Assembly (NCBI GenBank): GCA_019750295.1
Contig: JAIEOS010000048.1
Span: 2,469-66,468 of the forward strand
Source of the DNA: Bdellovibrionales bacterium
Lineage (GTDB): Bacteria; Bdellovibrionota; Bdellovibrionia; Bdellovibrionales; JAGQZY01
Direction of reading: 5' to 3'
Length of the DNA: 64,000 nt
Shown: one piece after another, positions 6,391 through 16,353 of the stretch
Layout: the number at the start of each line of letters is the position of its first letter
How positions within the stretch are numbered: position 1 is the stretch's first letter
The notes under the pieces: model-generated
The model's input: the letters and a program-made list of their open reading frames with translations, nothing else
What the model was told of the DNA's origin: nothing
Databases searched by the model: none
Translations under genes and position numbers: made by a program

Positions 6391-9015
6391 TTATTTGAGG
6401 GCTTTGTGGTGGTTTTTTAGGTATTGGCCCGTGACGCTGGATTTGTTTTTTATGATTTGTTCGGGGGGGCCGAAGCCGATGACTTCGCCCCCGTTTTTTC
6501 CGCCCTCGGGGCCGAGATCGATCACGTAGTCGGCGGAGAGAACTAAATCAAGGTTGTGTTCGATGACGACGACCGTGTGGCCCATCTCTACGAGGCGGTG
6601 CAGAATTTGGGAAAGTTTGGCGATGTCGTGGGTGTGGAGGCCGGTTGTGGGCTCGTCGAGAATATAGAGTGTTTTTGATGAGCTGGCTTTGGAGAGCTCG
6701 CGACTGAGTTTAATCCGCTGGGCTTCTCCACCGGACAATGTGGTGGAGCTTTGTCCGAGCGTGATGTAATCGAGGCCGACCTCGCTAAGGACTCTCAGTT
6801 TTTTTGCGATCGCCGTGTGATTTTCGAAGAACGGTAAGGCTTCGGCCACGGTCATTTCTAATACGTCGGCGATATTTTTGTCTTTATACTTAATGAGCAT
6901 TGTCTCAGGCGAATATCTTCGCGTTTGGCAGGAGTCGCACGGCACGTAAGAGTCCGCGAGGAATTGGAGACTTGTTCGAATGTAACCGGCGCCCATACAC
7001 GTTTCGCAGCGTCCGCCTTTGACGTTAAAACTAAAGTGCCCCGGAGTGTAACCGCGCATTTTGGCATCGGGAAGATTCGAGAAGAGATCGCGAATTTGGG
7101 GGAACAGTCCCACGTAGGTTGCGGGACAAGATCTTGGAGTTCTACCGATGGGCTTTTGGTTGATGGGTAAAATTCTTTCCAGTTGGTCAAGCCCAGAGAT
7201 CTTTTGATAAGACATTGGAGATAAACCGAGATTCACACGGCTATAGGTTTGCGCGGCCACGGGCAACAGAGTGTCCATAATCAAAGTGGATTTCCCACTC
7301 CCCGACACTCCGGTCACTGCGGTGAAATTGCCGAGAGGAATGGAGACATCTACATTTTTAAGATTGTTTCCAGACGCCCCTTCAATTTTTAAAAAACCAA
7401 AGTCTTGTTTTCGACGAACACTCGGAACGGGGAAAACGCGCTGGCGAGAAAGATACTGTCCGGTGAGACTCTCTTTGGAATTTCTGATTTCGTCGGGTGT
7501 CCCGGCAGCAATCACCGATCCCCCTTGCGATCCAGCGCCCGGGCCGATATCTATCACGTAATCGGCGCTCGCAATAGTCTCTTCATCGTGCTCGACGATC
7601 AGTACGGTGTTCCCGCGGTCTTTGATTTCTGTAAGAAGCTTTAAAATATTAGCGTGATCGCGAGGGTGTAAACCAATACTGGGCTCATCAAGAACATAAA
7701 GAACTCCAATGAGAGGAGCTCCCACTTGCGACGCCAAACGAATGCGTTGCGCTTCCCCTCCGGATAAAGTTCGTGTGCGTCGACTTAAGCTTAAGTAGCC
7801 GGCGCCGGCGGTGGTTAAGTACTGGAGCCGATAGACGATCTCTTCGAGAATTTTCTCGGCGATCACCAGGCTCTTGCCGGTGAGATTCATGGTCTTAAAA
7901 AACTGAAGCAGATCTTCTACCGCTAAATTTGAAAGTTCCATGACATTTTTTTCGTCGATAAGAATATTCAAAGCCTCTTTTTTTAATCCCGTGCCAAAAC
8001 AGGTGGCGCAGCTTCTAAGAACCGGAGTGAGGGTTGATTCTTCGTCGTCAGACTCTTTATCTGTTTTGATTTTCCAGCGTGTCTGTTTGGTTCGAGTGAC
8101 CTCATCTCCGCGCGTGAGGACCTCTTCGTCGTACTCTTCGATATCGAGTGTTCCTAAACCATTGCAAGCTTCGCAGGCGCCCTTGGGATTGTTAAAACTA
8201 AAGAGGAGCGGATCGATCTCGCCAAAGCTATAACCACAAACTGGGCAGGCTCTATGAATAGAATAGTGCTGACTATTTCCGCCGGGGACCTCTATGGTCA
8301 CGTGGCCCTCTGCGAGAGAAAGGCTTTTGTTAATGCTTTCGCTAATCCGTGTTTTATATTTGTCCTCGACGACTAGCTTATCAATAATGATGTCGATATC
8401 GTGCCGTTTTGTTTTTTGCAGCTTGAGGTCTTCTCGAATCTCTACGAGCTCTCCATCAATTTTTGCGCTGACAAAACCGAGCTTGGCCCACTTTTGAAAC
8501 TCTTTACTGAACTCGCCCTTTTTACTCCGGGAAACGGGAGCGGAGATAATGATCTTTGTACCCTTGGGCATGGCGAGTACGTCTGCCAAAATTGTTTCGG
8601 GCAATTGTCCTTCGGCCGGTACCTTGTGCTCAGGGCACATCGGCACACCGATCTTCGCAAAGAGCAAACGCAAGAAATCATAAACTTCAGTCACCGTTCC
8701 CACGGTGGAGCGAGGACTATTACTAATCGTTTTTTGATCAATAGCAATGGCTGGAGATAAACCAGAAATAGAATCCACGTCCGGCTTTTTTAATTGATCC
8801 AGGAAGTGACGCGCGTAATTGGAAAGACTGTCCATGTAGCGGCGCTGGCCTTCGGCATAAATGGTGTCGAAGGCGAGACTTGATTTCCCGCTCCCACTGA
8901 GACCAGTGATGACGGTAATCTTATTTTTTGGAATCGAAACCGCAATATCCTTAAGATTATGCTCTCGAGCGCCACGGACATCGATAAATAAACGTCTTCC
9001 AGGTTTTACTTCCAT
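6391..9015 (-). CDS. uvrA: Excinuclease ABC subunit A (UvrA), with shortened insertion domain
   Basis: Two ABC ATPase modules (GLSGSGKSS, GVSGSGKST, LSGGEAQR x2) and zinc-module Cys pairs. 874 aa against about 940 for E. coli UvrA. Confidence 0.96.
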   Translation of the reverse strand: MEVKPGRRLFIDVRGAREHNLKDIAVSIPKNKITVITGLSGSGKSSLAFDTIYAEGQRRYMDSLSNYARHFLDQLKKPDVDSISGLSPAIAIDQKTISNSPRSTVGTVTEVYDFLRLLFAKIGVPMCPEHKVPAEGQLPETILADVLAMPKGTKIIISAPVSRSKKGEFSKEFQKWAKLGFVSAKIDGELVEIREDLKLQKTKRHDIDIIIDKLVVEDKYKTRISESINKSLSLAEGHVTIEVPGGNSQHYSIHRACPVCGYSFGEIDPLLFSFNNPKGACEACNGLGTLDIEEYDEEVLTRGDEVTRTKQTRWKIKTDKESDDEESTLTPVLRSCATCFGTGLKKEALNILIDEKNVMELSNLAVEDLLQFFKTMNLTGKSLVIAEKILEEIVYRLQYLTTAGAGYLSLSRRTRTLSGGEAQRIRLASQVGAPLIGVLYVLDEPSIGLHPRDHANILKLLTEIKDRGNTVLIVEHDEETIASADYVIDIGPGAGSQGGSVIAAGTPDEIRNSKESLTGQYLSRQRVFPVPSVRRKQDFGFLKIEGASGNNLKNVDVSIPLGNFTAVTGVSGSGKSTLIMDTLLPVAAQTYSRVNLGLSPMSYQKISGLDQLERILPINQKPIGRTPRSCPATYVGLFPQIRDLFSNLPDAKMRGYTPGHFSFNVKGGRCETCMGAGYIRTSLQFLADSYVPCDSCQTRRYSPETMLIKYKDKNIADVLEMTVAEALPFFENHTAIAKKLRVLSEVGLDYITLGQSSTTLSGGEAQRIKLSRELSKASSSKTLYILDEPTTGLHTHDIAKLSQILHRLVEMGHTVVVIEHNLDLVLSADYVIDLGPEGGKNGGEVIGFGPPEQIIKNKSSVTGQYLKNHHKALK

Positions 9016-9016
9016 C

Positions 9017-10399
9017 TTATAACAAAGGCTCCACGATTTTAAGGACCGACGAACTCATTTCGTCCAGTCGCTTTTGAGTTTGTGCTTCGAAGCGAACAAC
9101 AACAACAGGTTGAGTATTGGAAGCACGAACCAATGCCCAGCCATCAGGAAAGCTCACGCGAACGCCATCGATAAAATTAAGTTGGACACCGGGCAGGGAT
9201 TTAAAATGCTGAGTAAGAGTCTCGACAATCTTAATTTTCTTTTCCTCGGTGGTGTCCAAGCGAATTTCGGGTGTGCAGAACGCAGACGGAAGACCCGCCA
9301 TAAGTTCTTTTAAAGTTTTACCGGTCTGGGAAATAATTTCGATTAAGCGCAAGCCAGCATAAAGAGCGTCGTCATAACCGTAGTTACGATCGGAAAAGAA
9401 AATATGACCGCTGAGTTCCCCACCAAACGGAGATTTTTCTTCTTTAATTTTGTTTTTCACCAAACTGTGACCGGTCTTCCACATAATGGGTTTGCCCCCA
9501 TTTTTTTCGATGTCTGTGTACATACGATCGGAGCACTTGACGTCACCAATGATTTTCGCACCGGGGTTCGTCTTAAGAATCGCTCGGGACCAAATGACCA
9601 TAAGCTCATCGCCTAATAAAAAGCGCCCTTCTTCGTCAACAACACCGATCCGATCACTATCGCCATCAAAGCCAACTCCAAGCATTGCCTTTTTGGCCTT
9701 CACTTCTTTTTTAAGATCTTCTAAGTTTTCTTCGACTGTAGGATCAGGATGGTGATTGGGAAAGCGGCCGTCAGGTTGCTCAAAAAGAATCGTTGGTTTG
9801 AGTCCGACAGCCTCATAGAGTCTGCGAGCGACAATCCCGGCAGCGCCGTTTCCGCAGTCAATGACAACCGGGATTGGTTTTAAGTCTTTAAACTCTTCTT
9901 TATGCTTTGCCACATACGGCGCGAAAATATCGTAGGCCTCGTGAGTGCCCGAGCCCGAGACCCACTCTTTTTGATCAACAATTTCGCCCAACTTGAGAAT
10001 GTCCTTACCAAAAATCGTCGACTTTCCAACGGAAATCTTAAAACCGTTGTAGTCGGGTGGATTGTGGCTCCCTGTAATCATCATTCCACCATCGGCATCG
10101 AGATAAAACATTGAGAAGTAAGACATTGGAGTGGTGATAAGACCAAGAGTTTTAACCTGAGCTCCCCCATCGGTAAAACCTTTTAAGAGCGATTGAAAAA
10201 TACCGGGGCTTGAAATCCGTGCATCGTACCCTAAAGTCAGGTGAGGATTTTTCTTTCCCTGTTGATGAAGATAAGTGACGAAAGCTCGGCCCAGTTGATA
10301 AGCAAAGTCGAGATCAAAGTCTTTTTCGAAAACTCCACGAATATCATACTCTCTAAAAATAAAATTTTTATGCAAAGCCTTCTCCTTGTAAAAATGCAT
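9017..10399 (-). CDS. Phosphomannomutase/phosphoglucomutase (alpha-D-phosphohexomutase family)
   Basis: Active-site loop TGSHNPPDYNGFK, metal loop GFDGDSDR, sugar loop GGELSGH. 1-nt gap to the uvrA start. Confidence 0.93.
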   Translation of the reverse strand: MHFYKEKALHKNFIFREYDIRGVFEKDFDLDFAYQLGRAFVTYLHQQGKKNPHLTLGYDARISSPGIFQSLLKGFTDGGAQVKTLGLITTPMSYFSMFYLDADGGMMITGSHNPPDYNGFKISVGKSTIFGKDILKLGEIVDQKEWVSGSGTHEAYDIFAPYVAKHKEEFKDLKPIPVVIDCGNGAAGIVARRLYEAVGLKPTILFEQPDGRFPNHHPDPTVEENLEDLKKEVKAKKAMLGVGFDGDSDRIGVVDEEGRFLLGDELMVIWSRAILKTNPGAKIIGDVKCSDRMYTDIEKNGGKPIMWKTGHSLVKNKIKEEKSPFGGELSGHIFFSDRNYGYDDALYAGLRLIEIISQTGKTLKELMAGLPSAFCTPEIRLDTTEEKKIKIVETLTQHFKSLPGVQLNFIDGVRVSFPDGWALVRASNTQPVVVVRFEAQTQKRLDEMSSSVLKIVEPLL

Positions 10400-11372
10400 T
10401 GGCAGAAAATTGTTCTCGGCTCAAGTTCACGGCCCAATCTAGAGCCGAAACCATCGAAGACGGATCCGCGATATTTTTTCCGGCAATATCCTTGGCGGTG
10501 CCATGCTCGACGCTGGTCCGAATAAACGGGAGACCGAGGGTTAGATGACATCCCGATTTGTGCTGATGAGCCATCTTAAATGGAATCAAGCCTTGATCGT
10601 GATAAGGACATACAAAAAAAGAATAACGAGACCAATTTTTTTGTAAAAATGCAGCGTCGGGTACCAAAGGCCCCTCGATCGGAAATTTATCCTTTTGCAT
10701 TCGAGCGATCAAGGGTTCAAAGATCGAAGCTTCTTCGCTCCCAATGAGCCCGGATTCTCCAGCATGGGGATTGAGACCTAAGAGACCAATTTTGTTGGCG
10801 CCTTTCTTTTTGAGGTGGCCCGACATAGAATGCGCGGCCAAAAGCGCTGTCGTCAGGCGCCGCTCGGTGAGAAGCGCCGGAATCTGAGACAGTGGCCGAT
10901 GTCCGGTCACCAGCAAAACGTTAAAGTGCTTTCCGAGAAACGTCATAAAAAGTTCTTTCGCTCCGGTCACGCGCGAGAGGATGTCGGTATGCCCAATATC
11001 TTTAAGTCCTGAATCCTGAATCAACGTCTTCGATAAGGGCGCTGTCACTAAAGCCTCTAGGTGTCCGTAGGTTGCGGCTTGTGCGGCGGAGTCCACCCAC
11101 AGAGGAAGAGCGGTGGTACTACAAATATCAGCGATTTCCTTGTGAGAGCCAACGCCGCCCTTAAGCGCATCGGCCCAAGTCGTGTAGACCACACGGCTAA
11201 ATTTTTTATCAATGAGTCGCAAATATTTTTTCGGAAATTGCGGAGATCTCCAGAGGAAGAAGTGAACATTTCTTTGCGGCCCTATTTTATAGAGAGCTTT
11301 TGCCGTGACCTCCGGTCCGATGCCGTCTTGATCACCCGTTGTAATGCCGATTCGAACTTCACTTCTTTTCAT
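10368..11372 (-). CDS. pdxA: 4-hydroxythreonine-4-phosphate dehydrogenase
   Basis: IGITTGDQDGIGPEV N-terminus plus GHTDIL and VTGHRPL motifs. ATG at 11372 (MKRSEVRIG) preferred over the longer ORF. Conserved surA-pdxA order. Confidence 0.88.
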   Translation of the reverse strand: MKRSEVRIGITTGDQDGIGPEVTAKALYKIGPQRNVHFFLWRSPQFPKKYLRLIDKKFSRVVYTTWADALKGGVGSHKEIADICSTTALPLWVDSAAQAATYGHLEALVTAPLSKTLIQDSGLKDIGHTDILSRVTGAKELFMTFLGKHFNVLLVTGHRPLSQIPALLTERRLTTALLAAHSMSGHLKKKGANKIGLLGLNPHAGESGLIGSEEASIFEPLIARMQKDKFPIEGPLVPDAAFLQKNWSRYSFFVCPYHDQGLIPFKMAHQHKSGCHLTLGLPFIRTSVEHGTAKDIAGKNIADPSSMVSALDWAVNLSREQFSANAFLQGEGFA

Positions 11373-12309
11373 TGAATTTAACCACGAAACTTTTTCGCTT
11401 TTGATTGAGCCAATACTCCATTTGTTCTTTGTAACTTTTAACAAAGAGCATTTGGAAGATTTGCTGCTTGCGCCTTTCGAAGTCAGGATTGTTCACAACT
11501 TTTCGAGAATTCAATTTAAAGATGTGGAAACCCATCGGAGTTTCTACAATCGTACTCGTCTCACCGCTGCGTAAATTTGTGACCGCAGCTTCAATGGTGG
11601 GAAGCATTTCACCGGACTTAAAGACTCCGAAAGAATCATCCTTTTCCGACGGATTGAACTTTCGTTGAACCACAGTGAAAGACTGCCCCTGCAATGCCTT
11701 GAGAGCTTCTTGCGCGCGCTCCTGAGATTTTTTTCGTTGCTCCGAGTTTTTGGCGGGGAACAAAATATGCGACAAATTGTATTCAAAGGCTTGTCCTGAG
11801 GACGCCCCTTTATTGTTAGACATGTAGTGGTCCATAATATCTTCATCAGAGAGTTTGATTTTAGAAGAAACGTGGAAGCGCACGACCTCTTTGCGCGCCA
11901 AGTTTTTTCTTAGAAAGTTACGGTAATCCCTAAGTGTAAGCCCCTTGCTCGCAAGAAGTGAGGAAAGATGGGCCTCGCCCCCTTTGCCTTGGATTTCTTT
12001 ATTTACAGCATCGTCGGTGATATTGATGCCCAGTTTTTTGGCCTCGGAGTCCATGAGCTTTTCGCCGATCATCCGCTCCACCAGTTTACTTTGGTCTTTA
12101 AGACTTTCCTCAATCGCAGACTCGTCGGGAAAGATCAAGTCGTCATAGAGCAAGCGGCTGCGCAATTGCTTTTGGTATTTTTCAATATCGGAATAGGTGA
12201 TCATTTCTTCGTTCACGGTGACGTAGGTTCCGTCGATCAATTCAGCGGCCTGAGTTTGCGAAATCCCCGCGAAGAGGAACACTCCAAAAGTTATCATCCA
12301 AAAATTCAT
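11359..12309 (-). CDS. SurA-like periplasmic chaperone / parvulin-type peptidyl-prolyl isomerase
   Basis: Signal peptide (FLFAGISQTQA/AE), SurA-N-like region, then a parvulin domain (ETPMGFHIFKL). Directly upstream of pdxA, as surA is in other proteobacteria. Confidence 0.8.
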   Translation of the reverse strand: MNFWMITFGVFLFAGISQTQAAELIDGTYVTVNEEMITYSDIEKYQKQLRSRLLYDDLIFPDESAIEESLKDQSKLVERMIGEKLMDSEAKKLGINITDDAVNKEIQGKGGEAHLSSLLASKGLTLRDYRNFLRKNLARKEVVRFHVSSKIKLSDEDIMDHYMSNNKGASSGQAFEYNLSHILFPAKNSEQRKKSQERAQEALKALQGQSFTVVQRKFNPSEKDDSFGVFKSGEMLPTIEAAVTNLRSGETSTIVETPMGFHIFKLNSRKVVNNPDFERRKQQIFQMLFVKSYKEQMEYWLNQKRKSFVVKFNEKK

Positions 12310-13154
12310 AAGCTCTCCTGGTACGCGGGATTCAATGACTCCAGTAGAGAAGCATCCACGACGATCTTCGACGTCTGAGTTTGTTCTTCAAGCCAGCGCT
12401 GGTAGGCGGCATTCAATCCATCTTCCTTAATAGCACGAATTATCTGTTCGCGAACCTCTTTCATCGGCGGAACGGGGGTTTTTTTAACCTCAATGACCTC
12501 GAAAAGGTGAAACCCCTGAGGGCTCTCAAAAATCTGAGAGCTGACGCCTCGGGGAAGCTTAAAGGCCGCGTCAATTACCGTAGAAGATCCTTTTTCTAGC
12601 CACCCCATGTCGCCCCCTCTCTGCGCTTCGGCCGAGAGAGAGTATTTACGAGCCACTTCGTAAAAAGGCATTTTTTGAGAGCGAATAAGCTGGAGGAGTT
12701 GTTGAGCGTCGTCCTTACTTTTCACAAACACCTGGCGTAAGTGGATTTTTTCACTGGCAAAGTGGTCTTTGTTTTTTTGATAATAAAGCTCAATGTCTTC
12801 GTCACGGACGGGGATTTTTTCTGCCAATAAAGTAAAAAGCTTCTGTTTCAGCTGAAGGAACCGGAGCGGTCGCTCGATTTCGGAAAGCGGGGCCGAGGCC
12901 AAGGGGAGCTTGGCCCAGTTCTCGACGAGGAGTTCTTCGATAATTTCTGCAGTCAGCTCTTTCTTAATTTTTTTAATACGGACGGGATCTTTGATTTCGA
13001 CACTGTCGTATTCGGAAACTTTTGTGATCAGACGCTGTGAGTATTCGGTCGTCGTCAAATGGCGATCATTGACCGAAATGACGGGCTTACGAGACAGGGG
13101 CGACCAACACGCATTGAGAAGAATGGTAAATCCCAAATAAAAGAAAAACCGCAT
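12306..13154 (-). CDS. Parvulin-type peptidyl-prolyl isomerase (PpiC/PrsA-like)
   Basis: N-terminal export signal. Parvulin motifs GGDMGWLEKG and SPQGFHLFEV. 4-nt overlap with the downstream gene. Confidence 0.8.
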   Translation of the reverse strand: MRFFFYLGFTILLNACWSPLSRKPVISVNDRHLTTTEYSQRLITKVSEYDSVEIKDPVRIKKIKKELTAEIIEELLVENWAKLPLASAPLSEIERPLRFLQLKQKLFTLLAEKIPVRDEDIELYYQKNKDHFASEKIHLRQVFVKSKDDAQQLLQLIRSQKMPFYEVARKYSLSAEAQRGGDMGWLEKGSSTVIDAAFKLPRGVSSQIFESPQGFHLFEVIEVKKTPVPPMKEVREQIIRAIKEDGLNAAYQRWLEEQTQTSKIVVDASLLESLNPAYQESL

Positions 13155-13281
13155 TCGGGGACAATACGTTGTTGAGACCGGAAATTCAATGGAAGGTTTG
13201 TCGAACGTTGTCCCAATTCGGGTGTTACTCAGGTGGATGGACCCGCTGAGGATGACGGGCCCACCGAGCTCAAAATGAGTT

Positions 13282-14091
13282 CTAGATTTTTTTATTCACT
13301 TGGATTTTATATTTGCTGCGTAAGCCACCGATAAATTTATCATAGGCCGCTTTTTTCTTTTCCTCTTGAACCGCTAATCTCAAGATGGAGCGGTCGGCAT
13401 CAGCGAAAGGCTTTTTGCCTGTTAATTTCACGATAAAATAGCCGTAAGGGGTTTCTATGATATTGGAAATTTGTCCAACGCGCATCTGTACCGCAGCACG
13501 ATAAAGTGCAGGGTGATGGGTCAGGCGCGTCTGCCAACCAATATCCCCACCCGTTTTGTTGGACATCACATCGTCGCTGTAAATCTTCACCAGATCTTCG
13601 AATTTACGATTGCTTTTCTTCACGTTGTCGTAGATTTCCTGAGCACGCTTTTTAGCTTCCGCTTTTTGCTCGGCAGTCACATCGGGGCGAACTTCAACCA
13701 TGATATGGCTTGTACGAATTTCAGGATATTTTGCATAATAGCTTTTCATCTCGTTCTCGGAGACATCGATCTTGGCGACCTTAGGGCCCAACTCTTTTTC
13801 CACAAAGCCTTTATATAATTCTTGCTGCATTCGCTCTTTGATCTCGGGGTCGTTTTCAAGGCCTCGCTTTTGGGCCTCTTGCAAACCGACTTCGAAATTG
13901 ATGAGGTCTTCGAGAAGAGTTTTTTTATCCGGAACTTCGATCATCTGCTCGGAGAGCGCTTGATGGCGTTCGTCTAACTCTTTGGCGGTGATTTCTTTGT
14001 TGCCGATTTTAGCAACGACTTGGGCCAAACTCAAAGAAGGCGCTAGGATTAAGATCATAAATGCAGAGAAAAGCTTCATTGCAAACTCCAT
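13282..14091 (-). CDS. Parvulin-type peptidyl-prolyl isomerase (PpiC-like), secreted
   Basis: Signal peptide (MKLFSAFMILILAPSLSLA/QV). Parvulin motifs GGDIGWQT and ETPYGYFIVKL. Start may be ATG 14079 instead of 14091. Confidence 0.8.
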   Translation of the reverse strand: MEFAMKLFSAFMILILAPSLSLAQVVAKIGNKEITAKELDERHQALSEQMIEVPDKKTLLEDLINFEVGLQEAQKRGLENDPEIKERMQQELYKGFVEKELGPKVAKIDVSENEMKSYYAKYPEIRTSHIMVEVRPDVTAEQKAEAKKRAQEIYDNVKKSNRKFEDLVKIYSDDVMSNKTGGDIGWQTRLTHHPALYRAAVQMRVGQISNIIETPYGYFIVKLTGKKPFADADRSILRLAVQEEKKKAAYDKFIGGLRSKYKIQVNKKI

Positions 14092-14193
14092 GGTGAATGT
14101 ACATAAATCTTACCAACCCACCTCCTGAGCGTCACCTCACAAGCCAGACTAAAGGATGTAAAGAACGGCCTAGTTATTTGGGATTTGAAAGAC

Positions 14194-14871
14194 TTATGTT
14201 TGCGGAAATGGAGTTGAGCGGTTTTTTTCGAGATAGGAGAGGCAGATTTTTTTGTGGGCCTGGAGGGAGTCGGCGATTACTTGTTTTTTTTGCTCGAACT
14301 CGTCTGGGTTCGTCACGGTGATGGGCTCGCTCCAGCTCACCACGATTTTCGAAAATGGGAGTGGGATCTCCATCTTGTTCCACGATTTTTGAAGGACATA
14401 CGTTTTGGAAGCGGCCATGGAAATTGTGTAGACCGGAGATCGAATCACGCGAGAGATTTCTAGAACACCTTGCTTCACTTGGTGTCTTGGGCCTCTCGGT
14501 CCATCCACCGCTACACTGGGGCGCCAACCCTCTTTGGACAATCTTAGGATACCTTTGAGAGCCCCTACGGCTCCCCTCGACGACGATCCGCGGGACACCT
14601 TCGATCCGCTCAGTTCGATCACTTTCGTAATCAGCTCTCCATCTTTACTGTGGGAAACCATTGCGGCTGCGTGATAAGGCTTTAGAAGGTGAAGTAAACC
14701 CACCTCTTCGCCATGCCAATGAGCGATGACGAAGATAGAATTTTCTTTAAGAGCTTTCTTTAAAGACTCAGATTCGAGGACTTCAACCGTCCAAGTCCAC
14801 TGGAGAAGTTTATAGAATGCAAAAACAAAATAAGCGAACATGCCGTTCAATTTATAGCAAAGGTCGACCAA
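14194..14871 (-). CDS. DUF374 / lysophospholipid-acyltransferase-like family protein
   Basis: IAHWHGEE ... SHSKDGELI ... RGSSSRGAVGAL ... AVDGPRGP pattern, as I recall for DUF374. TTG start at 14871; alternative ATG 14841. Confidence 0.6.
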   Translation of the reverse strand: MVDLCYKLNGMFAYFVFAFYKLLQWTWTVEVLESESLKKALKENSIFVIAHWHGEEVGLLHLLKPYHAAAMVSHSKDGELITKVIELSGSKVSRGSSSRGAVGALKGILRLSKEGWRPSVAVDGPRGPRHQVKQGVLEISRVIRSPVYTISMAASKTYVLQKSWNKMEIPLPFSKIVVSWSEPITVTNPDEFEQKKQVIADSLQAHKKICLSYLEKNRSTPFPQT

Positions 14872-14892
14872 GCTGAATAGGGAAACTTATTC

Positions 14893-15591
14893 TTAAGGCT
14901 GAGAATCTTTGAGAACTTGCTTCAGCCGAGCTATATCTGAATTGAGATTTTGTACAATCGCATCCAGTCGAGATTCCTCAAAAACAACAAACGCCGTCTC
15001 CCCTGTAATAATGTAAGAAAGAGCGACACCACCCACAGTCACGACGGGCCAGCTTCGTAATCCTCGGGCAACGCGAGTCCCTAGTGATGGTGAGATGCGG
15101 GGTTCGACGATCAGGTGAGCGGCTTTGATTTCTCGCAATTCTTTAAGGCGTGCTCGTACGCGAAAGAGAGTCATGTCATCGCTCCGCAGAGTCTCGAGAA
15201 GATTTAAGCGGGTCTCTAAGCGTATTTCTTGATCGAGGTATTTCTCGATTTTTTCCAACCAAACTCGTTGTTCTATTGGCATTGCTGTGAGCTGAGCGGT
15301 CACTCGAGCTCCCGCCAGGGTAGAGCCAAAAACGGCAGGAATAGCGATAGCAACGGTAGTGCGATCAAGTCCTAAATGTTGATTTACAAAGCGGGAGGTT
15401 TCAATCGACGAGACAAGTATTGTAGATAAGGCGATCTGCGCTGCGATCTCTATGCGATTCAGATGGATCTGCTGCTCCAAATCTTTAAATGCAAGTTCTG
15501 TTGAGGACGGCACCATTTGGATTTCGGCTGCCCGTGCGCTACTGAATATGAGCAGCGTGGATAATGTGAGAGAACTGATTTTGTCGAACAT
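14893..15591 (-). CDS. Hypothetical secreted/membrane protein, paralog of the upstream 252-aa gene
   Basis: 232 aa with a signal-like N-terminus (LLIFSSARA/AE). Shares blocks with the 252-aa neighbour (IEI..I..S.....FVN..(L/F).LD.. and ..VGGVAL..... followed by a helix ending R(L/A)(K/R).VL). Confidence 0.7.
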   Translation of the reverse strand: MFDKISSLTLSTLLIFSSARAAEIQMVPSSTELAFKDLEQQIHLNRIEIAAQIALSTILVSSIETSRFVNQHLGLDRTTVAIAIPAVFGSTLAGARVTAQLTAMPIEQRVWLEKIEKYLDQEIRLETRLNLLETLRSDDMTLFRVRARLKELREIKAAHLIVEPRISPSLGTRVARGLRSWPVVTVGGVALSYIITGETAFVVFEESRLDAIVQNLNSDIARLKQVLKDSQP

Positions 15592-15594
15592 AGT

Positions 15595-16353
15595 CTACTC
15601 CTTAATCGTCGACTCTTCCGGATAAAGAACCGCTCTTAAGCGATCGCGATCTTCTCTCAGTGAGATTAACTTTTCGTTGACCGCTTCGCGTCCCATATAA
15701 AGAACGACGACTTCCTCGTAGGTCGCCGCCAAAAGAGCCACGCCACCGACCATCATTACGCCGTGGGTGGCGAGTCGAAGTCCTCGGCGCATTTGGCGAG
15801 CGACTCGCACCATACGTTCGGGTTGGGTGAGAAGTTTGTGGTTACGAGCTTCGAGAGCATAACTATAATCGCGCTTCCGCACGGCTAAAAGCTGTTGCCG
15901 GTGCTCATTAAAATGAGGATCCACCGTACCCATGCGCCCCAGAGCTCTTGTAATGCCCGTTAAATTGGATTCGGCCCTCACAAACTCTCGTTCGAGTTTG
16001 TCGAATTCCGCAAACCAAGGGATGTTGTCCTGAGTGGCACGAGTGATTGCTCGATCCAAGGAGTAGCCCATGGCCCCAATGGCCGAATTTCGGACGAGGG
16101 TAAAGGGAATACTCCACGCAATTTGCGATTTATCTAAATCAAAATATTCATTTACAAATTGCGCTTGTTCGATGGACAGAATCGAGATTTCAATGATCGC
16201 GAGATCTTTAAGAAGGGCCGTCCGATTTTGCTCTTCTAAGGCCTCGAGTGGAAGTAAAACGTAATTTTCTTTTTGCTGGGTATGCACCGTAAATGGGAGC
16301 AGAAAGAATATCGTATAAAGTAAAGTTTGTTTCATAAAAAATCCCTTATTCAA
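15595..16353 (-). CDS. Hypothetical secreted/membrane protein, paralog of the downstream 232-aa gene
   Basis: 252 aa with a signal-like N-terminus (MKQTLLYTIFFLLPFTVHT/QQ). 3-nt gap to the next gene; 8-nt overlap with the upstream gene (or start at ATG 16335). Confidence 0.7.
   Translation of the reverse strand: MNKGFFMKQTLLYTIFFLLPFTVHTQQKENYVLLPLEALEEQNRTALLKDLAIIEISILSIEQAQFVNEYFDLDKSQIAWSIPFTLVRNSAIGAMGYSLDRAITRATQDNIPWFAEFDKLEREFVRAESNLTGITRALGRMGTVDPHFNEHRQQLLAVRKRDYSYALEARNHKLLTQPERMVRVARQMRRGLRLATHGVMMVGGVALLAATYEEVVVLYMGREAVNEKLISLREDRDRLRAVLYPEESTIKE

Noticed and set aside
13158-13214. Imperfect inverted repeat (GGGACAA..ACGTT / AACGTTGTCCC) between two PPIase genes, considered as another member of the palindrome family.
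   Set aside because: The stem is only 7+4 bp with a bulge and a 33-nt loop, and it has no sequence similarity to the other elements. It is too weak to call.
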